64,000 nt of DNA from an uncultured bacterium (GCA_963977015.1 CAXBMO010000008.1:186329-250328), one strand, 5' to 3'. Shown: positions 9,615 through 19,598, numbered from the stretch's first letter. Notes: generated by a model not told the origin, from the sequence alone. Numbers and translations are program-made.

Positions 9615-11147
9615 ATGATTTCCGCTTTCACTAACACCCTGAAGATTCCTGAGCTCCGCCAGCGAATCTTTTTCACGCTCATCATGGTCATCATTGTCCG
9701 GATGGGTGCGCATATCACCTTGCCCGGCGTGGATGGGGTTGTTCTTGACGAAGCGATTGATCGTTTGGCGGCCAAGCAGACGGAAGGTGGCGGCAGTGCC
9801 GCCGGCAACATGCTCGCGTTGCTCAACGTCTTCAGTGGTGGCGGCCTGATGAACTGCGCGATTTTCGCGTTGGGAATCATGCCCTACATCAGCGCATCGA
9901 TCATGATGCAGCTGTTGAGCGCGGTCATTCCCCAACTCAGCAAGCTGCGCCGCGAAGAGGGTGGGCAGCAGAAGATCAACCAGTACACCCGGTTCATTAC
10001 CATTGCGCTTTGTATCTTCCAGGGCGGAATGCTGGCCAAGTCATTGCTCGATCCCAAACGGAACCCGTTTCTTGCGGATCTTGCGGATGAAATGTCTCGA
10101 CCGTTGGTCCCTCTCGTGGGTGGTGGCAGCGAAGTCTGGTTCATTATCACCGCCGTGATTACGATGACCGCGGGTGCCATGCTGTTGATGTGGATTGGTG
10201 AGCAAATCACGGAAAAGGGAATCGGGAACGGGATTTCGTTGATCATTACCGTAAACATCATCTTCAGCCTTCCGGGTGCTCTGGTTCAGGTCTGGAAGAC
10301 GTTCATCAATCCAGAAAGCGCTGATCCGCTCGATCCGATCAAGCTGGTCGCGCTGATCGCACTCCTTCTTTTTGTGATCGCGGCCGTCATTGCCATCACG
10401 CAGGCTCAGCGTCGAATCAGTATTCAATACGCCAAGCGGGTTGTGGGCCGAAAGGTCTATGGCGGCCAGACCCAATATATGCCTCTCAAGGTAAACTATT
10501 CGGGTGTGATGCCGATCATCTTTGCCCAGGCACTCCTTTTGTTCCCGGCCAACCTCCTGGATTTCATGCTTCCCAACACCGATTGGGTGGGACGTTTTAC
10601 CCAGCTGCTTTCTCAAGGCTGGCTCTATTATGTCGCTTCAGCTCTCTTGATCTTCTTCTTCAGTTATTTCTGGGTAGCAACCATGTTCCAGCCGCAGCAA
10701 ATCGCGGAAGATCTCAAGAAGAACGGTGGATACATCCCTGGCGTTCGCCCTGGTAAACCGACTGCGGATTTCCTCGATTTCACGATGGGGCGCCTGACCT
10801 TTTTCGGAGCCGTTTTCCTCACGGCGTTGGCCGTTTTGCCAACACTTCTCGCACGGAAGATGGGCGTGCCGATGCTTGCGGCTCAGTTCTTTGGAGGAAC
10901 CAGTCTTTTGATTCTCGTCGGCGTGTTGCTCGACATCATGCGTCAGGTGGAGACTCACCTGATCCAGCGCCACTACGATGGATTTTTGCGGAAAGGCAAG
11001 ATTCGGGGGCGTTCTCAGACCCGTCAGGCTGGAGGAGCTGCCACGGCAGCCGCGGGTGGCGGAAGCATGCTACTTCTTTATGTGCTTTTTGCCGTTCTGG
11101 TCATCGTTGGGATGAGCTATTTTGTTTACCAACAAGCCCAATCCTAA
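9615..11147 (+). CDS. secY: Preprotein translocase subunit SecY (with extra C-terminal hydrophobic segment)
   Basis: IFALGIMPYISASI, WIGEQIT..GIGNGISLII, PLKVN.SGVMPIIFA, GGYIPGVRPG, FGGTSLLI.VGV.LD. Confidence 0.99.
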   Translation: MISAFTNTLKIPELRQRIFFTLIMVIIVRMGAHITLPGVDGVVLDEAIDRLAAKQTEGGGSAAGNMLALLNVFSGGGLMNCAIFALGIMPYISASIMMQLLSAVIPQLSKLRREEGGQQKINQYTRFITIALCIFQGGMLAKSLLDPKRNPFLADLADEMSRPLVPLVGGGSEVWFIITAVITMTAGAMLLMWIGEQITEKGIGNGISLIITVNIIFSLPGALVQVWKTFINPESADPLDPIKLVALIALLLFVIAAVIAITQAQRRISIQYAKRVVGRKVYGGQTQYMPLKVNYSGVMPIIFAQALLLFPANLLDFMLPNTDWVGRFTQLLSQGWLYYVASALLIFFFSYFWVATMFQPQQIAEDLKKNGGYIPGVRPGKPTADFLDFTMGRLTFFGAVFLTALAVLPTLLARKMGVPMLAAQFFGGTSLLILVGVLLDIMRQVETHLIQRHYDGFLRKGKIRGRSQTRQAGGAATAAAGGGSMLLLYVLFAVLVIVGMSYFVYQQAQS

Positions 11148-11153
11148 TATTCT

Positions 11154-11993
11154 GTGAGTTCGATGCCTAAGGTTCCCATTCGACGCGGAAAAGATCTCGA
11201 TAGAATGCGAGATGCGGGGGGAACTGCGGCTGAGATTTTGCGGATGACAGCGGCGTTTGTGGAGGCCGGAAAGTCCACCCGGGACGTTGAGGAATACGCG
11301 GTGGAACTGATGCGGGAGCGGGAGTGTAAGAGCATTTTCTACCGCTATCGCGGGTTCCCTGGCTATATCTGCATTTCGCTGAATGACGAGGTCGTTCATG
11401 GTATTGCCAATCCCAGCCGAATCATCAAATCCGGAGATATCGTCAAGATTGACATCGGAATCGTCAAGAACGGTTGGATTGGTGACAACGCGACGACCGT
11501 GCCGGTCGGTGATATTGATGCGGCAACGCGCCACCTTCTCTGGGCGACGGAAGAGTCCCTCCATGTTGCGATCGATTATTGCCGGGAAGGGTATCGATTG
11601 GGGGATGTGTGCTCTTCGGTTGATCGGACCGTCCGGCATTACAATTATACTGTCGTCGAAGAGTTTGTTGGTCATGGAGTGGGACGCAAGCTCCATGAAC
11701 CGCCGCAGATTCCCAATTACGGGATTCCTCATCACAATCCAAAGCTGAAGGCTGGAATGATTTTCGCGATTGAGCCGATGGTGAACCTCGGTTCCAAGCA
11801 AATCGAGATTCTGGCGGACAATTGGACGGCAAAAACGCTCGATCGAAAGGCCTCTGCACACTTTGAGCATAGTGTCCTGATCACCAACGGCGAACCCGAA
11901 ATTTTAACACCGAGACCCCGGCTCATGGAGGATCAACCTCCGGTTCCGGCAAGAAGCGCCCCGAATATCATTGGAGGACCGGTTTCCGTGTGA
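11154..11993 (+). CDS. map: Methionine aminopeptidase type I
   Basis: CIS.NDEVVHGI, GDIVKIDIG, GHGVG..LHEPP, AIEPM, SAHFEH; GTG start, exact start uncertain. Confidence 0.96.
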   Translation: MSSMPKVPIRRGKDLDRMRDAGGTAAEILRMTAAFVEAGKSTRDVEEYAVELMRERECKSIFYRYRGFPGYICISLNDEVVHGIANPSRIIKSGDIVKIDIGIVKNGWIGDNATTVPVGDIDAATRHLLWATEESLHVAIDYCREGYRLGDVCSSVDRTVRHYNYTVVEEFVGHGVGRKLHEPPQIPNYGIPHHNPKLKAGMIFAIEPMVNLGSKQIEILADNWTAKTLDRKASAHFEHSVLITNGEPEILTPRPRLMEDQPPVPARSAPNIIGGPVSV

Positions 11994-12077
11994 CTTTCCC
12001 CTTGCGAGAGAAGAGTTTTGTGATAGTGGTTCCGGCCCGCCGCGAGCCGGTTGAAATTTTTTAGAAATTATACAGAA

Positions 12078-12452
12078 ATGGCTAGATTACTCGGAGTTGA
12101 AATCCCCAATGAGAAGCGCATCGAAGCGTCGCTTCCCTACGTTTACGGAGTGGGACGAACCACCGCCAAAAAGGTGTTGATTCAAGCCGGGATCAACCCA
12201 GACACGCGGACGGGTGAACTGAGTGACGACCAACTGGGAAAGATTGCCCACGTCATCAATTCTGCCGGCATCATCATCGAGGGCGATCTTCGTCGTGAGA
12301 TTGGTGCAAACATGAAGCGATTGAATAGCATCAACTGCTACCGCGCACTGCGCCACCGCCGGGGACTTCCTGTTCGCGGTCAACGCACGAGCACGAACGC
12401 CCGGACTCGCAAGGGCAAACGGAAGACCGTTGGCGTCATCCGTAAGAAGTAA
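12078..12452 (+). CDS. rpsM: 30S ribosomal protein S13
   Basis: MARLLGVEIP, EGDLRRE, RHRRGLPVRGQRT.TNARTRKG; ATG at 12078. Confidence 0.99.
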   Translation: MARLLGVEIPNEKRIEASLPYVYGVGRTTAKKVLIQAGINPDTRTGELSDDQLGKIAHVINSAGIIIEGDLRREIGANMKRLNSINCYRALRHRRGLPVRGQRTSTNARTRKGKRKTVGVIRKK

Positions 12453-12482
12453 AAACTTTCCCACCTAGACTAAAATTGGATC

Positions 12483-13166
12483 ATGGCTGACGACGCCGAA
12501 AAGAAACCAGCGGAGGAGACTCCGGCCCCCGAAGAGACTCCTGCTGCTCCTGAAGCTGCTGCGAGCGAAGAACCCAAGGCAGAAACTCCAGCCGCCCCTG
12601 AAGCTGCTGCGACCGAGGAAGCTAAGGAAGAAGCTGCTGAAGCTCCAAAAGCTGCTGCGACAGAGGACGCCAAGAAGGAGGAGAAGCCAAAAGCCGAGGG
12701 CGAAGCTGCTGAAGGTGAGGAAAAGGAAGATGGCCAGCCGCGCACCGCTGAAGAGGTCTTTTTGGCCCTTGAAGGTGACGACGAGAAGCCAAAGATCTTA
12801 AAAGCCAAGGGAAGCAAGAACGTTCACGCCGGTGTGGTTCACGTTCTGGCAAGTTACAACAATACCAAAGTGACCATCACGGATCTCAACGGAAACGTGA
12901 TTGGTTGGTCCAGCGCTGGCAAGCTCGGGTTCCGTGGTTCGCGTAAAAGCACCGCCTATGCGGCTCAGTTGGTTTCCCAGGACGCATGTCGTCAGGCAAT
13001 GGGGCACGGCCTCAAGTCGGTCGAAGTAAAAGTCAAGGGCCCTGGTTCAGGTCGTGAATCGGCAGTTCGTGCCGTTCAAAATATCGGAATCGATATCACG
13101 ACGATCAAGGACGTAACGCCGGTTCCGCACAATGGATGCCGCCCCAAGAAACCACGCCGCGTATAA
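12483..13166 (+). CDS. rpsK: 30S ribosomal protein S11 with ~100 aa acidic N-terminal extension
   Basis: [44 protein letters not shown]. Confidence 0.98.
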   Translation: MADDAEKKPAEETPAPEETPAAPEAAASEEPKAETPAAPEAAATEEAKEEAAEAPKAAATEDAKKEEKPKAEGEAAEGEEKEDGQPRTAEEVFLALEGDDEKPKILKAKGSKNVHAGVVHVLASYNNTKVTITDLNGNVIGWSSAGKLGFRGSRKSTAYAAQLVSQDACRQAMGHGLKSVEVKVKGPGSGRESAVRAVQNIGIDITTIKDVTPVPHNGCRPKKPRRV

Positions 13167-13203
13167 TCGGATTTTCCCCAAGTAATTTTTATCGTTTTTA
13201 GTT

Positions 13204-13815
13204 ATGGCAAGACATCGAGGCCCAACAGAAAAGATTAGCCGCCGCTTTGGAGTTCCTTTGTTCGGACCCAGCAAGGCACTTGAGCGCCGCGCCTATGGCC
13301 CGGGTCAGCATGGTGCACGAAGCATGCGCCGCAAGCAGTCCGATTACGCGGTTGCATTGGCTGAGAAGCAGAAGCTTCGCTTCCAGTATGGCATCATGGA
13401 GAAGCAGTTTCGGGGTTACTTCAAGAAGGCTCAAAGCCAGCGTGGAGTTACCGGAACGGTCATGCTTCAACTGCTCGAAAGTCGCCTTGATAACGTTTGT
13501 TTTCGACTTGGACTCGGCAATACCCGCCGCGCCGCTCGTCAGTTTGTCGGCCACGGCCATGTGGAAGTGAACGGCATTCGTGTCGACATTCCGTCTTACC
13601 ACGTGAAGCCAGGTGATGTCGTGAAGGTTCGTGAAAGTCAGCGTTCCCAGCAGTTGGGGATGCGGATGCTCGACCTCACGCAATCAACTCCTCATCCAGA
13701 CTGGATGGAGATGGATCGCGACAAATTGGTTGGAGTGTTCAACCGTCTTCCCGAGCGGGAAGAAATCGATCCAATGGTGAACGAGCAGTTGGTGGTCGAG
13801 CTTTACTCTCGATAG
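13204..13815 (+). CDS. rpsD: 30S ribosomal protein S4
   Basis: PGQHG, L.EKQKLR..YG, LESRLDNV.FRLG, ARQFV.HGH, VVELYSR. Confidence 0.99.
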   Translation: MARHRGPTEKISRRFGVPLFGPSKALERRAYGPGQHGARSMRRKQSDYAVALAEKQKLRFQYGIMEKQFRGYFKKAQSQRGVTGTVMLQLLESRLDNVCFRLGLGNTRRAARQFVGHGHVEVNGIRVDIPSYHVKPGDVVKVRESQRSQQLGMRMLDLTQSTPHPDWMEMDRDKLVGVFNRLPEREEIDPMVNEQLVVELYSR

Positions 13816-13913
13816 GCTGCAGAACCGGTCCGAATATCGGATCGGATCAACGTTCCAATCCAAGGAGATTGGCGGAGTGGATTGAGGCGGTTCCGTCGAA
13901 CGCTGGTCCGACC

Positions 13914-14687
13914 CTATGGGCGAGTCATCGTGTCAAGAAAGGTCATCTGAGCTTGGACACGGAGATACAGCGAGTATTCTGATGGAGTTTCGAAGGTGAG
14001 AGATCGTTCGGCATGGTTGATCGCCAGCTGAATGGCTTCAGGGAGTCCTCCCTCTTCCTTCTCAAGCTCGGCAGTGAGCTCCTCGAGATCTCCGTCATGA
14101 TAAATTAGCGCATTGTTCGCAGGTCTGCCCTCGATATGGGCGTCCGGCTCGCGCGGAATGATGGCTTCAGTCGCTTCCAGGCAGCGTTCGCCGAGACTCG
14201 AGCCGGGAGGGCTCAGCTCGTAGAGATAGCATCCCCGGGCATCGTAGTCTTCGTGGAGACAGGCTGCGGTTTGAAACCTATTTTTTCCAATGACCGCTGC
14301 CCAATCTTTGATGAGCGGATGGTTGGTTTGACCGAAGCAACGATTCAAATCCTCGTCATCGGCATTGTGGCGGCGATTGTTGATCAGCCCCCACGGGTTG
14401 AGACAGGGAAAAATCAGAATGGACTGCGTGGCGATCCATTCCACGCTTGTTTCTGCCCACTGAATCAACCCCAGCGTGGCCGCCGCTTCATCTCCATGAA
14501 TCCCGGCTGACAGATAAACCCCTTCTGAATCAGCCTCCCCTCGGAGAAAGAAGTGGGGCAAATCGCCGGACTGATGAAAGCACTCCATCTGGAGCGAAGC
14601 AGATTGGGCCACCTGTTCCCATCGCCGGACAAGATCATCATAGTCGTGCGCTGAGTGTTGAAGGAGAAACTGGCGTTCGTTGGTCAT
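13914..14687 (-). CDS. M14-family metallocarboxypeptidase (succinylglutamate desuccinylase/aspartoacylase-like)
   Basis: SAGIHGDE, LNPWG..N.R, DLNRCF, LHED, TFETPS motifs. Confidence 0.85.
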   Translation of the reverse strand: MTNERQFLLQHSAHDYDDLVRRWEQVAQSASLQMECFHQSGDLPHFFLRGEADSEGVYLSAGIHGDEAAATLGLIQWAETSVEWIATQSILIFPCLNPWGLINNRRHNADDEDLNRCFGQTNHPLIKDWAAVIGKNRFQTAACLHEDYDARGCYLYELSPPGSSLGERCLEATEAIIPREPDAHIEGRPANNALIYHDGDLEELTAELEKEEGGLPEAIQLAINHAERSLTFETPSEYSLYLRVQAQMTFLDTMTRP

Positions 14688-14763
14688 CAATTGCGTTGAA
14701 AATAGGCGTTTTTCTTCTGCTGCACCTGCATATAGTGAAGGTAACGACAATTTCTCATACTCA

Positions 14764-15264
14764 ATGCAACTTACCGAAGATCAGCAGCAAAAAGTGCGTC
14801 AGTGGGCCAGTGAAGGCGCGGATCTGGGCAATATCCAGAAACGACTTGCTGAAGAATTAGAAATCACGATTTCCTTTATGGAAACACGATTTTTGATCAG
14901 CGACCTGAACATCACACTTCATGAAGAGGTGGAGGAAGAGCCCGAAGAGCCTGCCGTTTCAGACCAGGCAACCGAGGGGCCTGTGGGCGAAGAGGGTGGG
15001 TTGGGCGCGAAGGACGATCCCGAGGAGCCATCTCTTGGTGGGCCGGGCGAAGTTTCTGTAAGCCTCGACACCATTGCTCAACCCGGGATGATGGCGAGTG
15101 GCAAAGCGACCTTCAGCGATGGCGAAACCGCCGTGTGGTACATTGATGAGATGGGCCGTTTGGGAATGGATGCCACCACGCCGGGTTATCGTCCGGCGGA
15201 AGCCGATTTGATGAAATTCCAGGAAGAGCTCGGCAAAGCGGCTCGGAAAGCCGGATTGGCCTAG
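14764..15264 (+). CDS. Hypothetical acidic protein
   Basis: 166 aa ORF (MQLTEDQ..) with ordered N- and C-terminal segments joined by an acidic linker; divergent from the M14 gene. Confidence 0.75.
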   Translation: MQLTEDQQQKVRQWASEGADLGNIQKRLAEELEITISFMETRFLISDLNITLHEEVEEEPEEPAVSDQATEGPVGEEGGLGAKDDPEEPSLGGPGEVSVSLDTIAQPGMMASGKATFSDGETAVWYIDEMGRLGMDATTPGYRPAEADLMKFQEELGKAARKAGLA

Positions 15265-15323
15265 CAGCGGTTTGACAGACAAGCGTGAGCTAGACTGTCG
15301 GCTCAAATTCGCTAGTTTTGGGG

Positions 15324-16316
15324 ATGCACCCCCTTCTAGCCCTCTTTCTGGTGTTCTGTGCCGCGCCGATTTACGCGGAAGTCGAATGTGTGGAGACCGA
15401 GGAGGCCATTCTATTGAAATGGGGTGGGAAACCGGTTCTCTGTTACAACAAGGCGGAGCAACAACCGCGGGAAGGGATGAGCGACGACTATCGGCGGAGT
15501 GGCTATATTCATCCGGTTTACAATCCGGCAGGCCAAGTCGTCACGGGTGATTTTGCGGAAGATCATCCGCATCAGCACGGGCTGTTTTTTGCGTGGACGA
15601 GGTGCAGCGTCGAGGGGCGGCCGTTGGAGTTTTGGAATCAACGCCTGAAACTTGGCCGGATCGAGCATGAGGAAGTCCTGAAGGTTGGGAGCGACTTCTT
15701 CAAGATCAGGTTGAAGTATATCGATGAGAATGCTCCCGATGGACCTCAGGTCGTTCTTCGAGAGACCTGGACCGTCCGCATGGAAGACTCGACCGCTGAA
15801 TCCTACGTGATTGAGATCCTCAGTGAACAAACGTGCACCACAGAATCACCACTGGTGATTGAGAAATATCACTACGGAGGAATGGCGATTCGAGGATCCG
15901 GCCAATGGTTTGATCGGGACGACGCGGCCAAGGTAAAGGCATGGTCAAAGGCCAGAGAAGAGGATCCCGATTTTCCGCCGATCGAATCCGATTCCCTGGC
16001 TCGCGATTTTTTGACCAGCGAAGGAAAATCCTGGTTTGACGGGAATCACACCAGGCCTCGATGGGTGGATATGTTTGGTCGGATTGATGGCAAATTCTCC
16101 GGGATCGCCGTCTTGTCCCATCCCTCCAATTTCCGCTTTCCGCAGTCTGTGCGGCTGCATCCATCGAAGCCCTATTTTTGTTTTGCTCCGATGGTTGATG
16201 AAGGGTTCAAGATCGAGCCGGGGAAAGCTTATCAATCACGTTACCGCTATGTCATCCACAATGGGAAGCCAGATCCGGAAATGCTGAACAATCAGTGGGA
16301 ATTATACACCAAGTAA
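15324..16316 (+). CDS. Secreted 'PmoA family'/DUF6807-like beta-sandwich protein
   Basis: Signal peptide; RSGYIHP..P.G, DHPHQHGLFFAW, YGG..IR, HPSN..FP motifs. Confidence 0.8.
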   Translation: MHPLLALFLVFCAAPIYAEVECVETEEAILLKWGGKPVLCYNKAEQQPREGMSDDYRRSGYIHPVYNPAGQVVTGDFAEDHPHQHGLFFAWTRCSVEGRPLEFWNQRLKLGRIEHEEVLKVGSDFFKIRLKYIDENAPDGPQVVLRETWTVRMEDSTAESYVIEILSEQTCTTESPLVIEKYHYGGMAIRGSGQWFDRDDAAKVKAWSKAREEDPDFPPIESDSLARDFLTSEGKSWFDGNHTRPRWVDMFGRIDGKFSGIAVLSHPSNFRFPQSVRLHPSKPYFCFAPMVDEGFKIEPGKAYQSRYRYVIHNGKPDPEMLNNQWELYTK

Positions 16317-16346
16317 CGGTCTCTTAGTCTCATCCGAATACCGATC

Positions 16347-17483
16347 ATGAAATCACTATCGTTCTACAATGCTCACATTATTTCTCCCGGCGTTGATCGC
16401 CCCGATTCGAGGGTGGACGTAGACGGAGGAGTGATTGCGGGGATCGCCGAATCGACCACGGGCGATATGGATATCCAGGGAAACTATTTGGTCCCCGGGT
16501 TTGTCGATATTCACACGCACGGAGCTGGAGGTGCCTCTGCCATGGATGGCACGGAAGAGGCGGTGCGAATCATGGCGGAGACGAAGTTGAAGGAAGGGGT
16601 GACCAGCTTTTGTCCGACGACCTGGACCGAGAGTGAAGAAAGCCTGGTGGGTGCAATGTCAGGAATTGCGGCTTACATGAAAAGGCAGGAGTTCGCGCGA
16701 ACTCCGTTCGTGCACATTGAAGGACCATACATCAATCCGGATTGCATCGGGGCGCAGAACCCGGCTTATGTTCGTCCGCCAGACATGGTCGAGATCGATC
16801 ATCTCAACAACATCGCAAAAGTCGGGATTGTCTCCCTGGCCGTCGAGATGGCGGGAGGGATCGAGTTTGTCAGGGCAGCAACCCAGCGGGGGATCGTCAC
16901 CTCGCTGGCGCACACCGCTGCGACCTACGCGCAGTTTCTTCAGGCCAAGGACGCTGGAGCGAAGCATTTGACTCACTTCTGCAATCAGATGACGAAGCTG
17001 CATCATCGTGAGATCGGTCTGGTTGGAGCAGGGCTGCTGGATGACGAAATCCGGCTCGAGATGATTTGCGATAAGATTCACCTGTCACCTGAAATGATCG
17101 CGCTCACGTTCAAGCACAAGCCGGTTGAACAGATCATGCTGATTACCGACAGCATCTCAGCGAGTTGGCTTCCCGATGGGGAATACGAGGAAGGCGGGCA
17201 AAAGATCCGGGTGGCCGACGGAGTGTGTCGACTGGAAAGTGGAGCGCTGGCCGGAAGCACGTTGCGCTATGATCGTGGCCTCAAACATGTGGCGGAAATC
17301 ACCGGCAAGCCGTTATCCGAATTGATTCAAACCACATCCTGGAATCAGGTGCAGTCGCTCGGGTTGGGCAAGTTCGGAAAGATCGAATCCGGATTTGCGG
17401 CGGACTTCGTGGTTTTGGACCGGGAATCGCTTGCTCCGGTTGCGACCATCGTTGGCGGCGAAATGCGATTCGAAGCTGGATAA
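16347..17483 (+). CDS. nagA: N-acetylglucosamine-6-phosphate deacetylase
   Basis: PGFVDIHTHG, HIEGPY, GAQNP, AHT.A, THF.NQM, ICD..H, ITDS, LAGSTL. Confidence 0.93.
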   Translation: MKSLSFYNAHIISPGVDRPDSRVDVDGGVIAGIAESTTGDMDIQGNYLVPGFVDIHTHGAGGASAMDGTEEAVRIMAETKLKEGVTSFCPTTWTESEESLVGAMSGIAAYMKRQEFARTPFVHIEGPYINPDCIGAQNPAYVRPPDMVEIDHLNNIAKVGIVSLAVEMAGGIEFVRAATQRGIVTSLAHTAATYAQFLQAKDAGAKHLTHFCNQMTKLHHREIGLVGAGLLDDEIRLEMICDKIHLSPEMIALTFKHKPVEQIMLITDSISASWLPDGEYEEGGQKIRVADGVCRLESGALAGSTLRYDRGLKHVAEITGKPLSELIQTTSWNQVQSLGLGKFGKIESGFAADFVVLDRESLAPVATIVGGEMRFEAG

Positions 17484-17534
17484 ACTGCTCCTTTACTCCG
17501 CGACTGAGGACTCCGATAGTCCTGACAAGTTACC

Positions 17535-19514
17535 ATGGTTCTAGTTGCCGTATTCTTAGAAGACCCGAGTCAGTGGGAATCCGTCGAAGTGTCGGTTGGC
17601 CAAAAGGTTCGAATTGGTCGTCAACCGCTCCTGAAAAATGGAGAGGCTGGTTTGCGCGTGCCGTGGAGAGATCGCGTGGTAAACCGGAACCATTCACAGG
17701 CATGGTTGGAGGGTTCCACGCTCAAAGTGGAGCGGCTTCCGGCGGTGGAGAATCGGAGTGATCCCAACAAGTTCTACTCCAACGAGCCCCATTCCCAGCG
17801 CAGCGTGTTGTCAGAGCCGCTGGTTCTCAATCTGGGGGATTCCTTCAGCATTGGCGCCCATGGTCGGACGGCGTTTTTCTGGCTTGAATCGGAAAGCGAT
17901 CTCAAGGAAGTTCTCAGTGAATTGCGACCTTTTGGAGGGATTCCGGGAGAGCAGACTTCCGGGCATCTCCAGAGCATGGTTCCCTCCGTTGACTACGATG
18001 AATTGGAGGGGCTCGATGATTACAGCCTTCGTTTGCAGCTCAAATTGCTCCAGAAGGAACTCCCGGAGAAAGTGTTGAGCGGTTGGACGACCGAAGAAGA
18101 GTTGTTAACCCGTGCCGCCGATTTTCTGAAAACCGCACTTCCCGGACAACTTGGAGTTTCCGTGGCTTTTTTGGCCATCAATCCCCATCAAGCCAAGGCG
18201 ACCAGCGTCACCCCGGTCAGTCCATCGGGATACACACCGATTCCGACGCCTGTTCCCGGGACCAAGCCCGTCCATTTCAAGGTGTTGAATGAGGATCCGT
18301 CGACGCGGGCTGATTTTCGGGTGAGTTCGACGCTGCTGAGCCAGATCAACCTGCAGAATCCAGGAGCAGACGACACCTATCTTTGGAACGCGTCGGATAC
18401 CAACTCGAGCGAAATTTCCGACAGCAGTATTTTGAAGCGACTCGACTGGGTTGCGATTCTGCCCGTAGCAACGCTCGATTCCGAGACCGGGCTCTATCGC
18501 GACCGGCGGGGAAGGCCGGTTTTTCTCTACGTGGAAGCACGCCAATCCCACAGCGCGTCGGCCGTCGCCTTTGTGCCCTTTCTTCGCTTGATCGTTTCGG
18601 TGGTCGCGAGCCTTCTTTCCGCGAGGGAGCGGCAACGAATCCAGGACCAGCTTTCGGGGCACTTTTCGCCGGCGTTGCGGAGAATTCTCCACGCGGGCGA
18701 CGTTCGCCAGCTCAAGCCGACGTTGGCAGAGTGTACGGTTCTGTTTTGCGACCGCCGCGGTGCCTCCCGCGAGATGGAAACGGCTTCCACCGATGAGGAT
18801 ATTCTGCATCAACTCGGTGAGAATCAGGAAATTGTCGGGAAGATTTCGGCGACGGTTTTCAAGCATGATGGAGTGATCACCGATTTTGCCGGTGACGGTG
18901 TCCTCGCACTTTGGGGATGGCCAGTCGAAAGCAACGATCATGCGATTCGAGCCGTGATTACCGCGGAATCGATCGCCTATCTGCTGGCTTCGCGGGTTGA
19001 AATGGATTCCGAGGGACTGGCGGAAGCCCCGGTTCGCATGGGGATCAGCACGGGGAGAATCGCGGTGGGCGATACCGGCCCGGTTCAACAGGTCCACATC
19101 AGCGTCTTCGGAAATGTGGTTAACTTTGGGGCGCGTTTGGAAGCGTTGGGGAAACAATTCCGGGTGCCGGCATTGCTCAGCGAAGACACGATGGCGCTGA
19201 TGAAAAATTCGGGGAAGACGGTTCGAAAGCTGTGCTTTTTGCGGCCGGCCGGGTTCAATCGTTCCTACCCAATTTACGAACTGGTTTTGCCCAAAGCCGT
19301 TGGCGGAAGTGGCGCGAACGCCGAGCAGATCGCGGAGTATGAGGCCGCGCTCGATGCGTTTGTGCAGCAAAATTGGGACAAATGTCGATCCATGCTCAAG
19401 GAGTTACCTGATTCGGATGGTCCAGCTCACTGGCTTAGCGAACAGGCCAGCTTCTTTGAGAAGAATGATCCCGGAAGTAACTGGCAGGGAGAGATTGCGA
19501 GCTTGATGAAGTAA
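17535..19514 (+). CDS. Class III nucleotide cyclase with N-terminal FHA-like and central GAF-like regions
   Basis: RIGR..VPW.D..V.R.H (FHA-like); TVLFCD.RG, DFAGDG.LALWG.P, RMGISTG, FGN.VN.GARLE; C-terminal TPR-like tail. Confidence 0.88.
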   Translation: MVLVAVFLEDPSQWESVEVSVGQKVRIGRQPLLKNGEAGLRVPWRDRVVNRNHSQAWLEGSTLKVERLPAVENRSDPNKFYSNEPHSQRSVLSEPLVLNLGDSFSIGAHGRTAFFWLESESDLKEVLSELRPFGGIPGEQTSGHLQSMVPSVDYDELEGLDDYSLRLQLKLLQKELPEKVLSGWTTEEELLTRAADFLKTALPGQLGVSVAFLAINPHQAKATSVTPVSPSGYTPIPTPVPGTKPVHFKVLNEDPSTRADFRVSSTLLSQINLQNPGADDTYLWNASDTNSSEISDSSILKRLDWVAILPVATLDSETGLYRDRRGRPVFLYVEARQSHSASAVAFVPFLRLIVSVVASLLSARERQRIQDQLSGHFSPALRRILHAGDVRQLKPTLAECTVLFCDRRGASREMETASTDEDILHQLGENQEIVGKISATVFKHDGVITDFAGDGVLALWGWPVESNDHAIRAVITAESIAYLLASRVEMDSEGLAEAPVRMGISTGRIAVGDTGPVQQVHISVFGNVVNFGARLEALGKQFRVPALLSEDTMALMKNSGKTVRKLCFLRPAGFNRSYPIYELVLPKAVGGSGANAEQIAEYEAALDAFVQQNWDKCRSMLKELPDSDGPAHWLSEQASFFEKNDPGSNWQGEIASLMK

Positions 19515-19560
19515 GGCGATTTGCGGGAGAACGGCAAAGTGCCGGGAGAGGGATTGGAAG

Positions 19561-19598
19561 AAAAAAAAGAGACGGCGCGCGATTACTCGTGCGCCGCC
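19561..19598 (-). terminator. Rho-independent terminator
   Basis: Minus strand: CGGCGCACGA-GTAA-TCGCGCGCCG stem with GNRA loop, followed by TCTCTTTTTTTT. Confidence 0.85.

Noticed and set aside
11994-12077. Unannotated rpmJ or infA
   Set aside because: Gap is only 84 bp with no matching ORF
13825-13845. Intrinsic terminator after rpsD
   Set aside because: Hairpin present but no U-tract; not reported as a feature
15324-16316. Particulate methane monooxygenase
   Set aside because: 'PmoA family' is a misleading label for this soluble secreted family; the protein is not polytopic and there is no pmoCAB context
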